A stretch of DNA of 49,240 bases from a virus, in IMG/VR virus record IMGVR_UViG_3300030613_000002, positions 1-49,240 of that record; one strand, written 5' to 3'. The stretch's first letter is position 1. Each line of letters begins with the position of its first letter. The translations under genes were made by a program, and so were the position numbers. The notes below the pieces were generated by a model that saw only the letters and a program-made list of their open reading frames with translations, was not told the DNA's origin and made no database searches. Shown piece by piece: positions 1 through 7,451 of the stretch.

Positions 1-127
1 AGCGAGGAGTCCGGCTGGATGTTTTGGTGAGGACGCGCGAGCCGAAGGTTCAGACACTTGAGGGGAGGCGTTCTCAGGGTGATCTCGACCGGTTCCTGCG
101 GATACTGGAGAGGGTAGAGCAGGGGAT
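1..127. repeat. Terminal direct repeat, copy A (identical to 49114..49240)
   Basis: By-eye base-for-base match of the first 127 nt to the last 127 nt. Consistent with a circular or terminally redundant genome, or an assembler k-mer overlap. Confidence 0.9.
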
Positions 128-206
128 CGGGCATGAGATATTCTACCCGAGCGAGACGGCCTTTTGTTCCGCATGTGGATACAGAGAGAGGTGTTCAGAA
201 TGGTAG
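1..206 (+). CDS. 3' part of Cas4-like PD-(D/E)XK exonuclease (continues from 48573..49240 through the terminal overlap)
   Basis: Position 24 corresponds to 49137, which is in frame with the ATG at 48573. The C-terminus has the CSACGYRERC cluster (C-x2-C-x5-C) typical of Cas4/AddB-type Fe-S nucleases. Stop at 204..206. Confidence 0.85.
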   Translation, partial: RGVRLDVLVRTREPKVQTLEGRRSQGDLDRFLRILERVEQGIGHEIFYPSETAFCSACGYRERCSEW

Positions 207-300
207 GCTGGTTGATATTCGGATTGTTGATCGGCGCGGGCCTGGTATGTCTGGGGGTCTGGCTGCGGGCACGGTATGGCGAATGGATGAGGTGGTGAGA

Positions 301-765
301 ATGACAGTGCTCGGCATTGACCCCAGCAGCACCTTCATCGGCCTGGCGCTCCTGACCCCTGGTCAGAATCCATATGCCCGTATTCACACCATTAACGTGT
401 CCAAACCGAGGGTGCCCCTCCCCAGACTGTCCGCAAGGGCGCTCGAGGAGGTTGTTGCCTGGGTAGGGTTCGTGCCTGACCTGGTGGCAATCGAGGAGCC
501 GTTCAGCCGATGGGCGACGGCGACCCTTCGGATAGCCTACGTTGCGGGGGGGCTGGGGACTTACTTTGCGACAGTAACAGAGGTAGTGCTTGTGCCCCAT
601 AAATCCTGGAAGCGTGCCCTGACCGGCAGCGGCAATGCCTCCCCGGAACAAGTCATGCGGATGGCGCAGGCGCAGGGATACGACTGTCCAGACGAACATA
701 CCGCCAGCGCGCTCGGATGTGCTCTTTGGGCCGTGAACCATCATCGGCCTGAGAGTGGTAGTTGA
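301..765 (+). CDS. RuvC-like Holliday junction resolvase
   Basis: Motifs VLGIDPSS (N-terminal catalytic Asp), VAIEEPF and DEHTASALGCA are the RuvC-fold acidic motifs. Purine-rich GGTGGTGAGA precedes the ATG at 301. Alternative in-frame starts at 283 and 133. Confidence 0.8.
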   Translation: MTVLGIDPSSTFIGLALLTPGQNPYARIHTINVSKPRVPLPRLSARALEEVVAWVGFVPDLVAIEEPFSRWATATLRIAYVAGGLGTYFATVTEVVLVPHKSWKRALTGSGNASPEQVMRMAQAQGYDCPDEHTASALGCALWAVNHHRPESGS

Positions 766-786
766 ATGAGCAAGGAGGGATAGCAA

Positions 787-1005
787 ATGAGTCTCCAAGA
801 TGAACGGTTCGCAGTTATCCACAAGGACTATGATGAACAGGGTTTCCTACCCGACCACGACGATCATCGTTGGCTGATTGAGAAACTGACGGTTGCATGG
901 GCCGAGGTGAAGCGGTTACGGGAGGAGAACACGGTGTTGAGGGAGCGCTCTTGCGGAACTGTTACTGCGGATTTTGCTCAGAACCCCTACGACAATATCC
1001 GATGA
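787..1005 (+). CDS. hypothetical protein
   Basis: AAGGAGGG Shine-Dalgarno 8 nt upstream. 72 aa with a coiled-coil-like C-terminal half. Confidence 0.55.
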   Translation: MSLQDERFAVIHKDYDEQGFLPDHDDHRWLIEKLTVAWAEVKRLREENTVLRERSCGTVTADFAQNPYDNIR

Positions 1006-1202
1006 TGACGGCGGAAAGGTTGGCGGAGTTGAAAGACCTACTCAAACATTCTGGGTTCGGAGAAGAACTCATCGCCGAGGTGGAGCGGTTGCGGAGCCAG
1101 AGAGATGAGATGGCCCTAAACCTGCTAACCCTTATTGCGCGGGAAGACGTCTCCGGTGTTAGCGTTGCCCAGCAGTTGAAGGCAGCGATGAAGCGACAAT
1201 GA
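1002..1202 (+). CDS. hypothetical protein
   Basis: The ATG at 1002 overlaps the upstream stop (ATGA). 66 aa, helical/charged composition. The longer 897 start lies inside the previous gene. Confidence 0.5.
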   Translation: MMTAERLAELKDLLKHSGFGEELIAEVERLRSQRDEMALNLLTLIAREDVSGVSVAQQLKAAMKRQ

Positions 1203-1450
1203 GCGGCAGGCGCTTCCTCCAGGAAGCCTAATTGGTGCAACCCATGCCTGGATTCAACTTGACCTGGTCAGCGGGACCCTTGGGAACGGTTGCCGCGCAC
1301 CGATCTACTGCCTCCCCACCTGTGGCACGGGCGAGGAGCAACGGTTGGTTGGCTCTGTTCAAGACCGAATCCAGCCTGGAGGCTGGCCTTCCACCCGCAT
1401 TCACACCGAGTTTGGTGGATCCTAGTTTTTGTTTGAACGACTCCCCCGAT

Positions 1451-1549
1451 TGTGGGGCCGCAGGAAAAGCAGATGATGAGTTGATCCCAAGATTAGACTC
1501 GTCGTGTGCTGACCAGTTCTTGGGTTCGGAGCAGCCCTGCGGCCCCACA
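1451..1549 (+). promoter_or_regulatory. 99-nt nested hairpin directly 5' of the RBS of the 1566 gene
   Basis: TGTGGGGCCGCAGG (1451..1464) is perfectly complementary to CCTGCGGCCCCACA (1536..1549). An inner stem pairs CCCAAGA (1486..1492) with TCTTGGG (1518..1524). GAAAGGAGAAGG follows immediately. Confidence 0.6.
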
Positions 1550-1565
1550 TGAAAGGAGAAGGAAG

Positions 1566-1841
1566 ATGGACATTGAAGAAGCACGGACGCATTGCAAGCA
1601 AGAGATTGAGAGTGTAGAGGCAATTCTACAGTCGGCTCGCATCTTGACATTCAGCGAGATGGCGCGGTTGGGAATTGAGTACACAGTGGCGGCCCTCGGA
1701 TTGGTTTGGCTGGACAGGCTGGAGGCGGGGGATAGGGCTGCGATGACCGCAAACATCCGTGTCAGTCCAGGGTATCCCCCAACCGTGTCAGCAGACAACC
1801 CCCAGAACTGGCAGGCCGAGCCGGGGGAACAGACAGGATGA
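1566..1841 (+). CDS. hypothetical protein
   Basis: ATG preceded by GAAAGGAGAAGGAAG. 91 aa. Confidence 0.55.
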   Translation: MDIEEARTHCKQEIESVEAILQSARILTFSEMARLGIEYTVAALGLVWLDRLEAGDRAAMTANIRVSPGYPPTVSADNPQNWQAEPGEQTG

Positions 1842-1891
1842 CCGCCTCACCTGGCCCGAGTGGGGCGTCTTCTTAAAGCAAGGAGAACATC

Positions 1892-2116
1892 ATGACAAAA
1901 GCAGCAGAGGATTATACGTACGCGAGGGATTTCATAGACGCGGAGTTCAAGGATTGGTTTGAGGAAGTGGAACTTGCGCTGCGCTACAGCGAACGGGAGC
2001 GCATAGAGCGCGGTTTCAATGCTGGTTTTTTTAGAGGCTTGACCTGGGCAAGGGTTGAGGCTGAAAGGGCGTCTGCCAAGCCAAAGAAAGTCAAGATACA
2101 GCCGTGCGAAGATTAA
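1892..2116 (+). CDS. hypothetical protein
   Basis: AAGGAGAACATC precedes the ATG. 74 aa. Confidence 0.55.
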   Translation: MTKAAEDYTYARDFIDAEFKDWFEEVELALRYSERERIERGFNAGFFRGLTWARVEAERASAKPKKVKIQPCED

Positions 2117-2865
2117 CCACCCCCCAGCGCCTCACCCTGCTCACCTTCCTCATCATCGCGGCGGTGGGGATAGCGAAAGGACAGAAGGTCGAAGACCCTG
2201 AGCAGGGTCGAAGGGAGGAGAAGATGACAGACACTGATATGGACAAGAGCCAGGGCAGACCGGCAGGTTACGGAGATGTCGAAGACCCTGAGCAGGGTCG
2301 AAGGGTGGTGTGCGATAGGCCATACCTTGAACTCCAGCGCGACGCCGCCCTGTGGCGGGAGCAGGGGTGGCGGGCGGAGGCACACCTGGTTAGGCTCTAT
2401 ATTGAGTCCAAGACGAGTAGGTGCAATGGGTTCAACTTCACGGATGGGAAGAGTCCGGAGTTGCCCTACACCGAATACCTGGCCCGCGCCTTCGTGCGGG
2501 CTGCCCGGGAATTCAAACTGCGCCTGTGGATTGCGGTGGCGATTGCGCAGAAGGAAAGCAACTTCGACAACTCGGCGGTAGGCAAGCAGGGTGAGCGGAC
2601 GCTGATGCAGATATTTCCCTTGCCTGGACAGGAGCAGGTCATCAAGGACGGCCTGGCCGACCCCGCAAAGGCGATAAAGTGGGCGGGTCAATACTTGGCC
2701 GATGGTTTGCGGCTGCACGGCAACCTAGAGGAAGCCCTGGGCAGATACAACGGGGGGCCTGGTGCGAGGAACACCAAACCAGCGAAACGGTACGCTGCCG
2801 ATGTCATGGCCCTGGGCGCAGCGATGGTGGAGGCAAATGCCCTCTGGGGACTGGTGCCGGAATGA
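2104..2865 (+). CDS. membrane-anchored lytic transglycosylase (SLT domain)
   Basis: AIAQKESNFDNSAVGKQGERTLMQI matches the SLT catalytic ES...GLMQ motif. N-terminal hydrophobic segment LTLLTFLIIAAVGIA. GTG start at 2104, so the start is uncertain. Confidence 0.8.
   Translation: MRRLTTPQRLTLLTFLIIAAVGIAKGQKVEDPEQGRREEKMTDTDMDKSQGRPAGYGDVEDPEQGRRVVCDRPYLELQRDAALWREQGWRAEAHLVRLYIESKTSRCNGFNFTDGKSPELPYTEYLARAFVRAAREFKLRLWIAVAIAQKESNFDNSAVGKQGERTLMQIFPLPGQEQVIKDGLADPAKAIKWAGQYLADGLRLHGNLEEALGRYNGGPGARNTKPAKRYAADVMALGAAMVEANALWGLVPE
2188..2305 (+). repeat. Two exact 28-bp direct repeats (2188..2215 and 2278..2305), in frame, 90 bp apart
   Basis: GTCGAAGACCCTGAGCAGGGTCGAAGGG occurs twice. Each copy holds a GACCCT-GAGC-AGGGTC hairpin and encodes VEDPEQGRR. 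Confidence 0.9.
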
Positions 2866-3272
2866 ACCCTATAAGCCTAAAAGATACTGTGGAGCGGCCT
2901 CAGTTAGCTTGGCATGTCCACCACGATGTGCTCGTGGAACTGCTCACAGAGGACGCTGAGACGAGACGGCAATACATCCGAGACTATAAACCCATCGAGG
3001 AACAACCGCTTCGCCTACGGTTGTTCAAAATAGTCGTCGGTCACTTGCCGCGCGAAGTTGTGCAGACACGGCAAGCCTACGACCAGGCATGGCAAGCCCA
3101 CGTCCAGGCACTGCAAGCCTACGACCAGGCACTGCAAGCCTGCAACGAGGCATGGCAAGCCTACGACCAGGCATTCACCGACCACAAGGAAGAAGTCGAG
3201 GCGCTCCACCGAATCGAGTGTCCCGATTGTCCCTGGAACGGCAGGAGTATCTTTGAGGAGATGCCGGAATGA
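2862..3272 (+). CDS. hypothetical coiled-coil protein with heptad repeats and a C-terminal CPDCP motif
   Basis: ATGA overlap with the upstream stop. Five 7-aa units: QAYDQAW, QAHVQAL, QAYDQAL, QACNEAW, QAYDQAF. Confidence 0.6.
   Translation: MNPISLKDTVERPQLAWHVHHDVLVELLTEDAETRRQYIRDYKPIEEQPLRLRLFKIVVGHLPREVVQTRQAYDQAWQAHVQALQAYDQALQACNEAWQAYDQAFTDHKEEVEALHRIECPDCPWNGRSIFEEMPE
3072..3176 (+). repeat. 5 x 21-bp imperfect tandem repeat (heptad coding)
   Basis: CAAGCCTACGACCAGGCATGG-like unit repeated five times head to tail. Confidence 0.85.
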
Positions 3273-3475
3273 CAGTCAAAGAGATAGTGCGGGATTACCT
3301 GACGGCGAACGGGTACGATGGTCTATGGAGTGATAGCGGACGATGTGGGTGCGAAGTGGACGACCTTTTTCCATGCCTAGACAGCTGGGGTAACTGCCAG
3401 CCTGGATACAAGCAGCCCTGCGACTGCGGGGAAGGATGCCGCTTTCATATTGGGCCGAGGGAGGTGCCGGTGTGA
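3269..3475 (+). CDS. Cys-rich small protein
   Basis: ATGA overlap with the upstream gene. 68 aa with 8 Cys (CGCE, CLD, CQPG, CDCGEGC). Confidence 0.55.
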   Translation: MTVKEIVRDYLTANGYDGLWSDSGRCGCEVDDLFPCLDSWGNCQPGYKQPCDCGEGCRFHIGPREVPV

Positions 3476-4275
3476 ATCCTTTGCCACGGGACGGGGCGAT
3501 TGGGTGGGCTGACTTCTCGTGGGGCATAGCGTCAGGATGTAGGACGGGGTGTGGTTACTGTTACGCCAGGGTCATCGCCAACAGGTTTAAGCCAAAGGGC
3601 ACGGTGCTGTGGTCGTCGCAGGAGGCAGGGAACGGCAAGTGCTACACGGCGGGGAAGGGTGATGTCTTCCCCTACGGCTTTGCCCCGACCTTCTACCCTC
3701 ATCGCTTGGACGAACCCCTCAAGGTCAAGAAGCCCAGCATGATTTTCGTTTGCAGCATGGGGGAGTTGTTCGGCCCGTGGGTGCCGCTAGACTGGGTAAA
3801 GGCCATTTATGATGTGATGACTGCGTGTGTGGACCATACCTTCATCGTGCTGACGAAATGGCCGGGAGGAATAAGAGACAAACTTCATGGGTTCGAGCCA
3901 GATAAACGGTGGCCTCTTTTCAACTCAAGAGAATCCTACCCGAACATCTGGCACCTGACCAGCGTGGAGGATCAGGCCACCTGGGACAAGCGGGTGCCCG
4001 AGATCCTGAAACTACGGGAACACGGCTGGCCGGTGCTGGGGGTCAGCGTGGAGCCGATGCTGGGGCCGATAGAGCCCCATAGGATAGAGGAACTCGACTG
4101 GGTGATTGTGGGCGGGCAGAGTCCAGCGAGCGCACGGCAACCTGAACATGAATGGGTAATGCCAATCATAGAACAGTGCGGGGTTGAGGGAATACCCTTG
4201 TTTCTCAAGAACAATCTCAAGCCGACGATCAACGGGTCATTGATACAGCAATGGCCGAAAGGGGCACCGGAATGA
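3472..4275 (+). CDS. DUF5131 / phage Gp37-Gp68 family protein
   Basis: N-terminal IGWADFSWGIASGCRTGCGYCYA resembles the family signature (W..W....GC...C..CYA). The GTG at 3472 overlaps the upstream stop (GTGA). Confidence 0.7.
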   Translation: MNPLPRDGAIGWADFSWGIASGCRTGCGYCYARVIANRFKPKGTVLWSSQEAGNGKCYTAGKGDVFPYGFAPTFYPHRLDEPLKVKKPSMIFVCSMGELFGPWVPLDWVKAIYDVMTACVDHTFIVLTKWPGGIRDKLHGFEPDKRWPLFNSRESYPNIWHLTSVEDQATWDKRVPEILKLREHGWPVLGVSVEPMLGPIEPHRIEELDWVIVGGQSPASARQPEHEWVMPIIEQCGVEGIPLFLKNNLKPTINGSLIQQWPKGAPE

Positions 4276-4589
4276 ACAAAATAGATGAACTGATTGACGA
4301 ACTCCGATGCGAGCGCGACCGCCTCAAGGCAGAGGTCAAGACGCTGACGGACGGGGGTGGGATGACCCTCCTAGCAATGGTGAAGGGGATGAAGCGGGGG
4401 CATGAGTGGAAAGAGGTAAGTTATAATAGGCACAAGGATAGACTTCCTGGGAGGGAATGGATAATCTTTTGGCTGTATCGAGAGACGAAATCGTCCTGGC
4501 GATGGAACCACCGGAGGAGCGGCGTAATACAGGAAGGCACTGCCGAGCAAGCCGCGGCAGCCCTTGAGAAGTTCCTGGAGAGGAGGTGA
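4272..4589 (+). CDS. hypothetical protein
   Basis: ATGA overlap with the upstream stop. 105 aa. Confidence 0.5.
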   Translation: MNKIDELIDELRCERDRLKAEVKTLTDGGGMTLLAMVKGMKRGHEWKEVSYNRHKDRLPGREWIIFWLYRETKSSWRWNHRRSGVIQEGTAEQAAAALEKFLERR

Positions 4590-4595
4590 TGGCAT

Positions 4596-4790
4596 ATGGC
4601 TCGAAGCACTTTGGAAAGCGTCGAGACTCGTCTGCGCGAGATCGCAACCCATATTGAGGCAGACACGAAGGACATCGAGGAGGGGTCTGGACTATCTCTC
4701 GACGACTCCATTTATTATGTCAGAGAGATTAGGTGGGTGGCGGACGAACTTTGCACCGTGCGAGGCCGCCTTGCGGACAACACAGGTTAG
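4596..4790 (+). CDS. hypothetical protein
   Basis: AGAGGAGGTGATGGCAT precedes the ATG. 64 aa. Confidence 0.55.
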   Translation: MARSTLESVETRLREIATHIEADTKDIEEGSGLSLDDSIYYVREIRWVADELCTVRGRLADNTG

Positions 4791-4803
4791 GAGGTGATGC
4801 CCG

Positions 4804-4887
4804 ATGAATCCGAAGCATAATCCGCATGATGCGTTATACTGCAACTGCCGTGAATGCAAGGAGAGCCGCATAACACCAAGCACCTGA
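4804..4887 (+). CDS. possible 27-aa Cys-containing micro-ORF
   Basis: The ATG is preceded by AGGAGGTGATGCCC, the same 14-bp block that precedes the next gene. Encodes MNPKHNPHDALYCNCRECKESRITPST. Below the ORF-track size cutoff. Confidence 0.3.
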   Translation: MNPKHNPHDALYCNCRECKESRITPST

Positions 4888-4904
4888 AAGGAGGTGATGC
4901 CCAA

Positions 4905-5258
4905 ATGCCGAAGCATGGAGCCAACTGCACCTGTTGGGCCTGTGTCAACGCGCACGCGATAACACCGTCGGGAGGGCTGCCCGGAGAGAAGATTGAGGGA
5001 GGGCAGGGGGCGCCTGGAATCTGGGAACGTGAGCGGTGCGCAAAGTGTGAGAAACTAGCACTCTGTTTCCTCGGCGTCTGTCCTAAGTGCTGGCCCAAAG
5101 AAACAAGTAAGGGAGGGCAGGAGGTAGTCTTTCGGAGCACGGAACAGTTGAACGAGACATACTGCCCCAAAGCGGCCAACCAAGAGAGGGAGCAACGGAG
5201 GCAAAGATTGTTGCGGGAGAGGCTGGAAAAGATACCTAGGAAGTGGGAGGGGCGATGA
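4905..5258 (+). CDS. Cys-rich (zinc-ribbon-like) hypothetical protein
   Basis: AAAGGAGGTGATGCCCAA precedes the ATG. Motifs CTCWAC and CAKC...CPKC. Confidence 0.55.
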   Translation: MPKHGANCTCWACVNAHAITPSGGLPGEKIEGGQGAPGIWERERCAKCEKLALCFLGVCPKCWPKETSKGGQEVVFRSTEQLNETYCPKAANQEREQRRQRLLRERLEKIPRKWEGR

Positions 5259-7450
5259 GCCAGGTAATCCAGGGCGACGCACTGGCGGTGCTCAAGGGAC
5301 TTCCCACTGAGTCGGTGAATCTGTGCGCCACGAGCCCGCCATACTTCGCCAAGCGAAAATACGGCTGCCCGATGACCTTTGAGGATGGCTGGGTGGGAGA
5401 GTTCGGCCTTGAACCCACCATCGAATCCTACCTGTCGCACCTGTGGGCGGTGTTCGATGAGGTTTGGAGGGTGCTGAGGAAGGATGGGGTGATTTTCTGT
5501 AATTTGGGAGATTCCTATAACTCACATGCTAGCACGGGCAATAACTCACATGCTAGCACGGGCAACAAGTTCGACCACAGTTGGCGTTCGGAAGGTAGAA
5601 GTGCTGCGGATGCTGCTCAAATGAGTCGGCAACCCAACTTGATGCCAGTGCCTGACAAGTCCCTCCTCCTCATCCCGGAACGGTTCATCCTGGGCATGAC
5701 CGACCCTAGCCTGCGGCCCGCCTTGTCGAAGGGGCTTGCCCTTGCCGTTGAGCATGCGTGGATTGCGAGGAACTTTATCGTCTGGCACAAGCCGAACCCG
5801 ATGCCAGAGAGTGTCAGGGATAGGTTTTCCTGTACCTGGGAGCCGGTCTTCTACTTCGCCAAGAGCCAGAAGGTCTGGTTTGACCTCGACGCGGTGCGGA
5901 GGCCATTCTCTGGAGGCACAGCAACGCCCTCACGGAAGTATGCCGACGCCACAATATTCAGCGAACAAAACAGCCAAACCGCAATGGGACAAAGGCGAGA
6001 ATATCCTAGCCCCGCCCGCGCCAAGACCGCCGATGAGGGGCTGTTCAAGCCAACCACCAAGATACCGGCGGAGATATCTGAAAGCATGGGGAGTCCCCGA
6101 GCAAGGGAGCATCGGGATAAGACCCGCTATGAAGACAAGTTCAAGCCACCTGGTGCCGGCCGCAACCCACCTGAACCCGGGGTGGAAGGCCCCTTCCTCC
6201 CCCTCGGAGCGAACCCAGGAGACTTCTTCATTGACGGCGATGACGACTGGTGGGAGATTGCTACCCAGGCTAGGAGTGAAACGGCAAGATTCCGAGGCCG
6301 ACCCGACTATGTGCAAGTGAGTGGCACGACCTACAAAGTGTCAAGAGATTGTCCAGTGCATGGGCATCTTTCTTTGACTGGCACTCCGAATACGGTTTCA
6401 GGTGATGGACAACCAGAGGCTTCCGAGCATGACAGCGCCAGCAATGCCAACGATCGCGATCAAGCGCTTGGATGCGAATCCCCTTCCATTCATTCCCACG
6501 CCCCACAGAAAGAAGCCCCTGGTAGTGCTCGCGGTTCCAATCCTGATGGCACTGACGGGAACAAAACTTCTGCGACTTTGCCAGATACACCCACCGAGGT
6601 TCAAAGGCATCATGGCACTGAAGGCACTCCAAAAGAGGGCGTTCCTTATGGATTGGATTCGCTTCCCCAACAATATGCTCATGTTGCCATAGACCATAGC
6701 AGCGAAACGAGCAAAACGGCCCCCTCTCTTGCGACCATTCCTTCATGTAAGCCTTCCGCCGAAACTGCTTATGGCATTGAACACAGACAAGACTTACGAG
6801 CGTCCGTTGAGCCTCATGCGAGCAAGCCCTTGAGCAATAGCGAGGCTGATAAGTCCGCTTCCAGTGGCGAGTCTGAAAGTCCTTCCCGCATTTCTGACAC
6901 ACAAAGTCTCGAAGCCGCTGAATCCCCATGCCGTCAGGATAACACACCTAAATGCACTTGTCAAGTGGCTACAACTGAACACTTTGCCACCTTCCCCGAT
7001 GAACTTGCCAGGCGGATGATCCTGGTGGGCTGCCCGGAGTGGGTGTGCCGGAAGTGCGGGATGGCAAGGGTGAGGATAAGCCGTCAACAGAAGGATTACC
7101 ACTACTTGAGGACTGATACAGGGAAGCCAAGAAATGTTGCCTTATTAGAAAAGGGTGGTAAGTCGGCATTGCCATCAGGGCAAGAGCACGGCAGACAATA
7201 CAAAGAAGGATATGTAAATGTGCATGAGACCACTGGCTGGACGACCTGCTCCTGCGTGGACGAGGAGGGGAAACATCCGGGATTCAGGCCAGGGGTGGTG
7301 CTCGATCCGTTCGCGGGCCGTGGCACGGTTGGTATCATCGCCAAACGCTATGGCAGGGAGAGCATCCTTGTGGAGATTAAGGAGGAGTATTGTCAGATGA
7401 TAGAGGCGAACCTTGCCGCGGAGCCGGAGCCGCTGAGGATGGAGGAATGA
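5255..7450 (+). CDS. beta-class N4/N6 DNA methyltransferase (SPPY motif IV, probably m4C) with a roughly 230-codon insertion
   Basis: Motifs CATSPPYF (IV), WHKPNPMPESVRDRF, WEPVFYFAK, HFATFPDELARRMI and VLDPFAGRGTVG (motif I). The ATG at 5255 overlaps the upstream stop (ATGA). The segment at about 6270..6966 is low-complexity in this frame and carries a real gene on the other strand. Confidence 0.8.
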   Translation: MSQVIQGDALAVLKGLPTESVNLCATSPPYFAKRKYGCPMTFEDGWVGEFGLEPTIESYLSHLWAVFDEVWRVLRKDGVIFCNLGDSYNSHASTGNNSHASTGNKFDHSWRSEGRSAADAAQMSRQPNLMPVPDKSLLLIPERFILGMTDPSLRPALSKGLALAVEHAWIARNFIVWHKPNPMPESVRDRFSCTWEPVFYFAKSQKVWFDLDAVRRPFSGGTATPSRKYADATIFSEQNSQTAMGQRREYPSPARAKTADEGLFKPTTKIPAEISESMGSPRAREHRDKTRYEDKFKPPGAGRNPPEPGVEGPFLPLGANPGDFFIDGDDDWWEIATQARSETARFRGRPDYVQVSGTTYKVSRDCPVHGHLSLTGTPNTVSGDGQPEASEHDSASNANDRDQALGCESPSIHSHAPQKEAPGSARGSNPDGTDGNKTSATLPDTPTEVQRHHGTEGTPKEGVPYGLDSLPQQYAHVAIDHSSETSKTAPSLATIPSCKPSAETAYGIEHRQDLRASVEPHASKPLSNSEADKSASSGESESPSRISDTQSLEAAESPCRQDNTPKCTCQVATTEHFATFPDELARRMILVGCPEWVCRKCGMARVRISRQQKDYHYLRTDTGKPRNVALLEKGGKSALPSGQEHGRQYKEGYVNVHETTGWTTCSCVDEEGKHPGFRPGVVLDPFAGRGTVGIIAKRYGRESILVEIKEEYCQMIEANLAAEPEPLRMEE
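5517..5564 (+). repeat. Perfect 24-bp tandem duplication inside the methyltransferase
   Basis: ATAACTCACATGCTAGCACGGGCA x2, encoding NSHASTGN twice. Confidence 0.9.
6270..6929 (-). CDS. HNH endonuclease with zinc-ribbon repeats, antisense inside the methyltransferase gene
   Basis: Repeated CxxC...(F/Y)CSxxC units (CQKCGK...YCSRAC, CVQCHK...FCSFRC, CLQCHD...FCSRQC). C-terminal HNH motif: CWRCH...VVHHLKP...NLLTLCRSCHSLAH. ATG at 6929; the track start at 6947 is a GTG that lies upstream of the predicted -10. Confidence 0.8.
   Translation of the reverse strand: MGIQRLRDFVCQKCGKDFQTRHWKRTYQPRYCSRACSHEAQRTLVSLVCVQCHKQFRRKAYMKEWSQERGPFCSFRCYGLWQHEHIVGEANPIHKERPLLECLQCHDAFEPRWVYLAKSQKFCSRQCHQDWNREHYQGLLSVGRGNEWKGIRIQALDRDRWHCWRCHARKPLVVHHLKPYSECQSKKDAHALDNLLTLCRSCHSLAHSRVGLGILPFHS
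6936..6964 (-). promoter_or_regulatory. sigma70-like promoter for the nested HNH gene (near-leaderless)
   Basis: Minus strand reads TTGACA (6964..6959), a 17-nt spacer, TATCCT (6941..6936), then 6 nt to the ATG at 6929. Confidence 0.5.
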
Positions 7451-7451
7451 C

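Noticed and set aside
2188-2305. Possible mini-CRISPR array (two 28-bp partially palindromic repeats)
   Set aside because: There are only two copies. The 62-bp spacer is about twice the usual length. The repeats are in frame inside a continuous ORF that leads into an SLT domain. No cas genes or leader are present.
3058-3333. Alternative-frame ORF (KPTTRHGKPT... repeats)
   Set aside because: It is the +1 reading of the 21-bp tandem repeat. The heptad-repeat frame (2862..3272) is translationally coupled to its neighbours and gives a sensible coiled coil.
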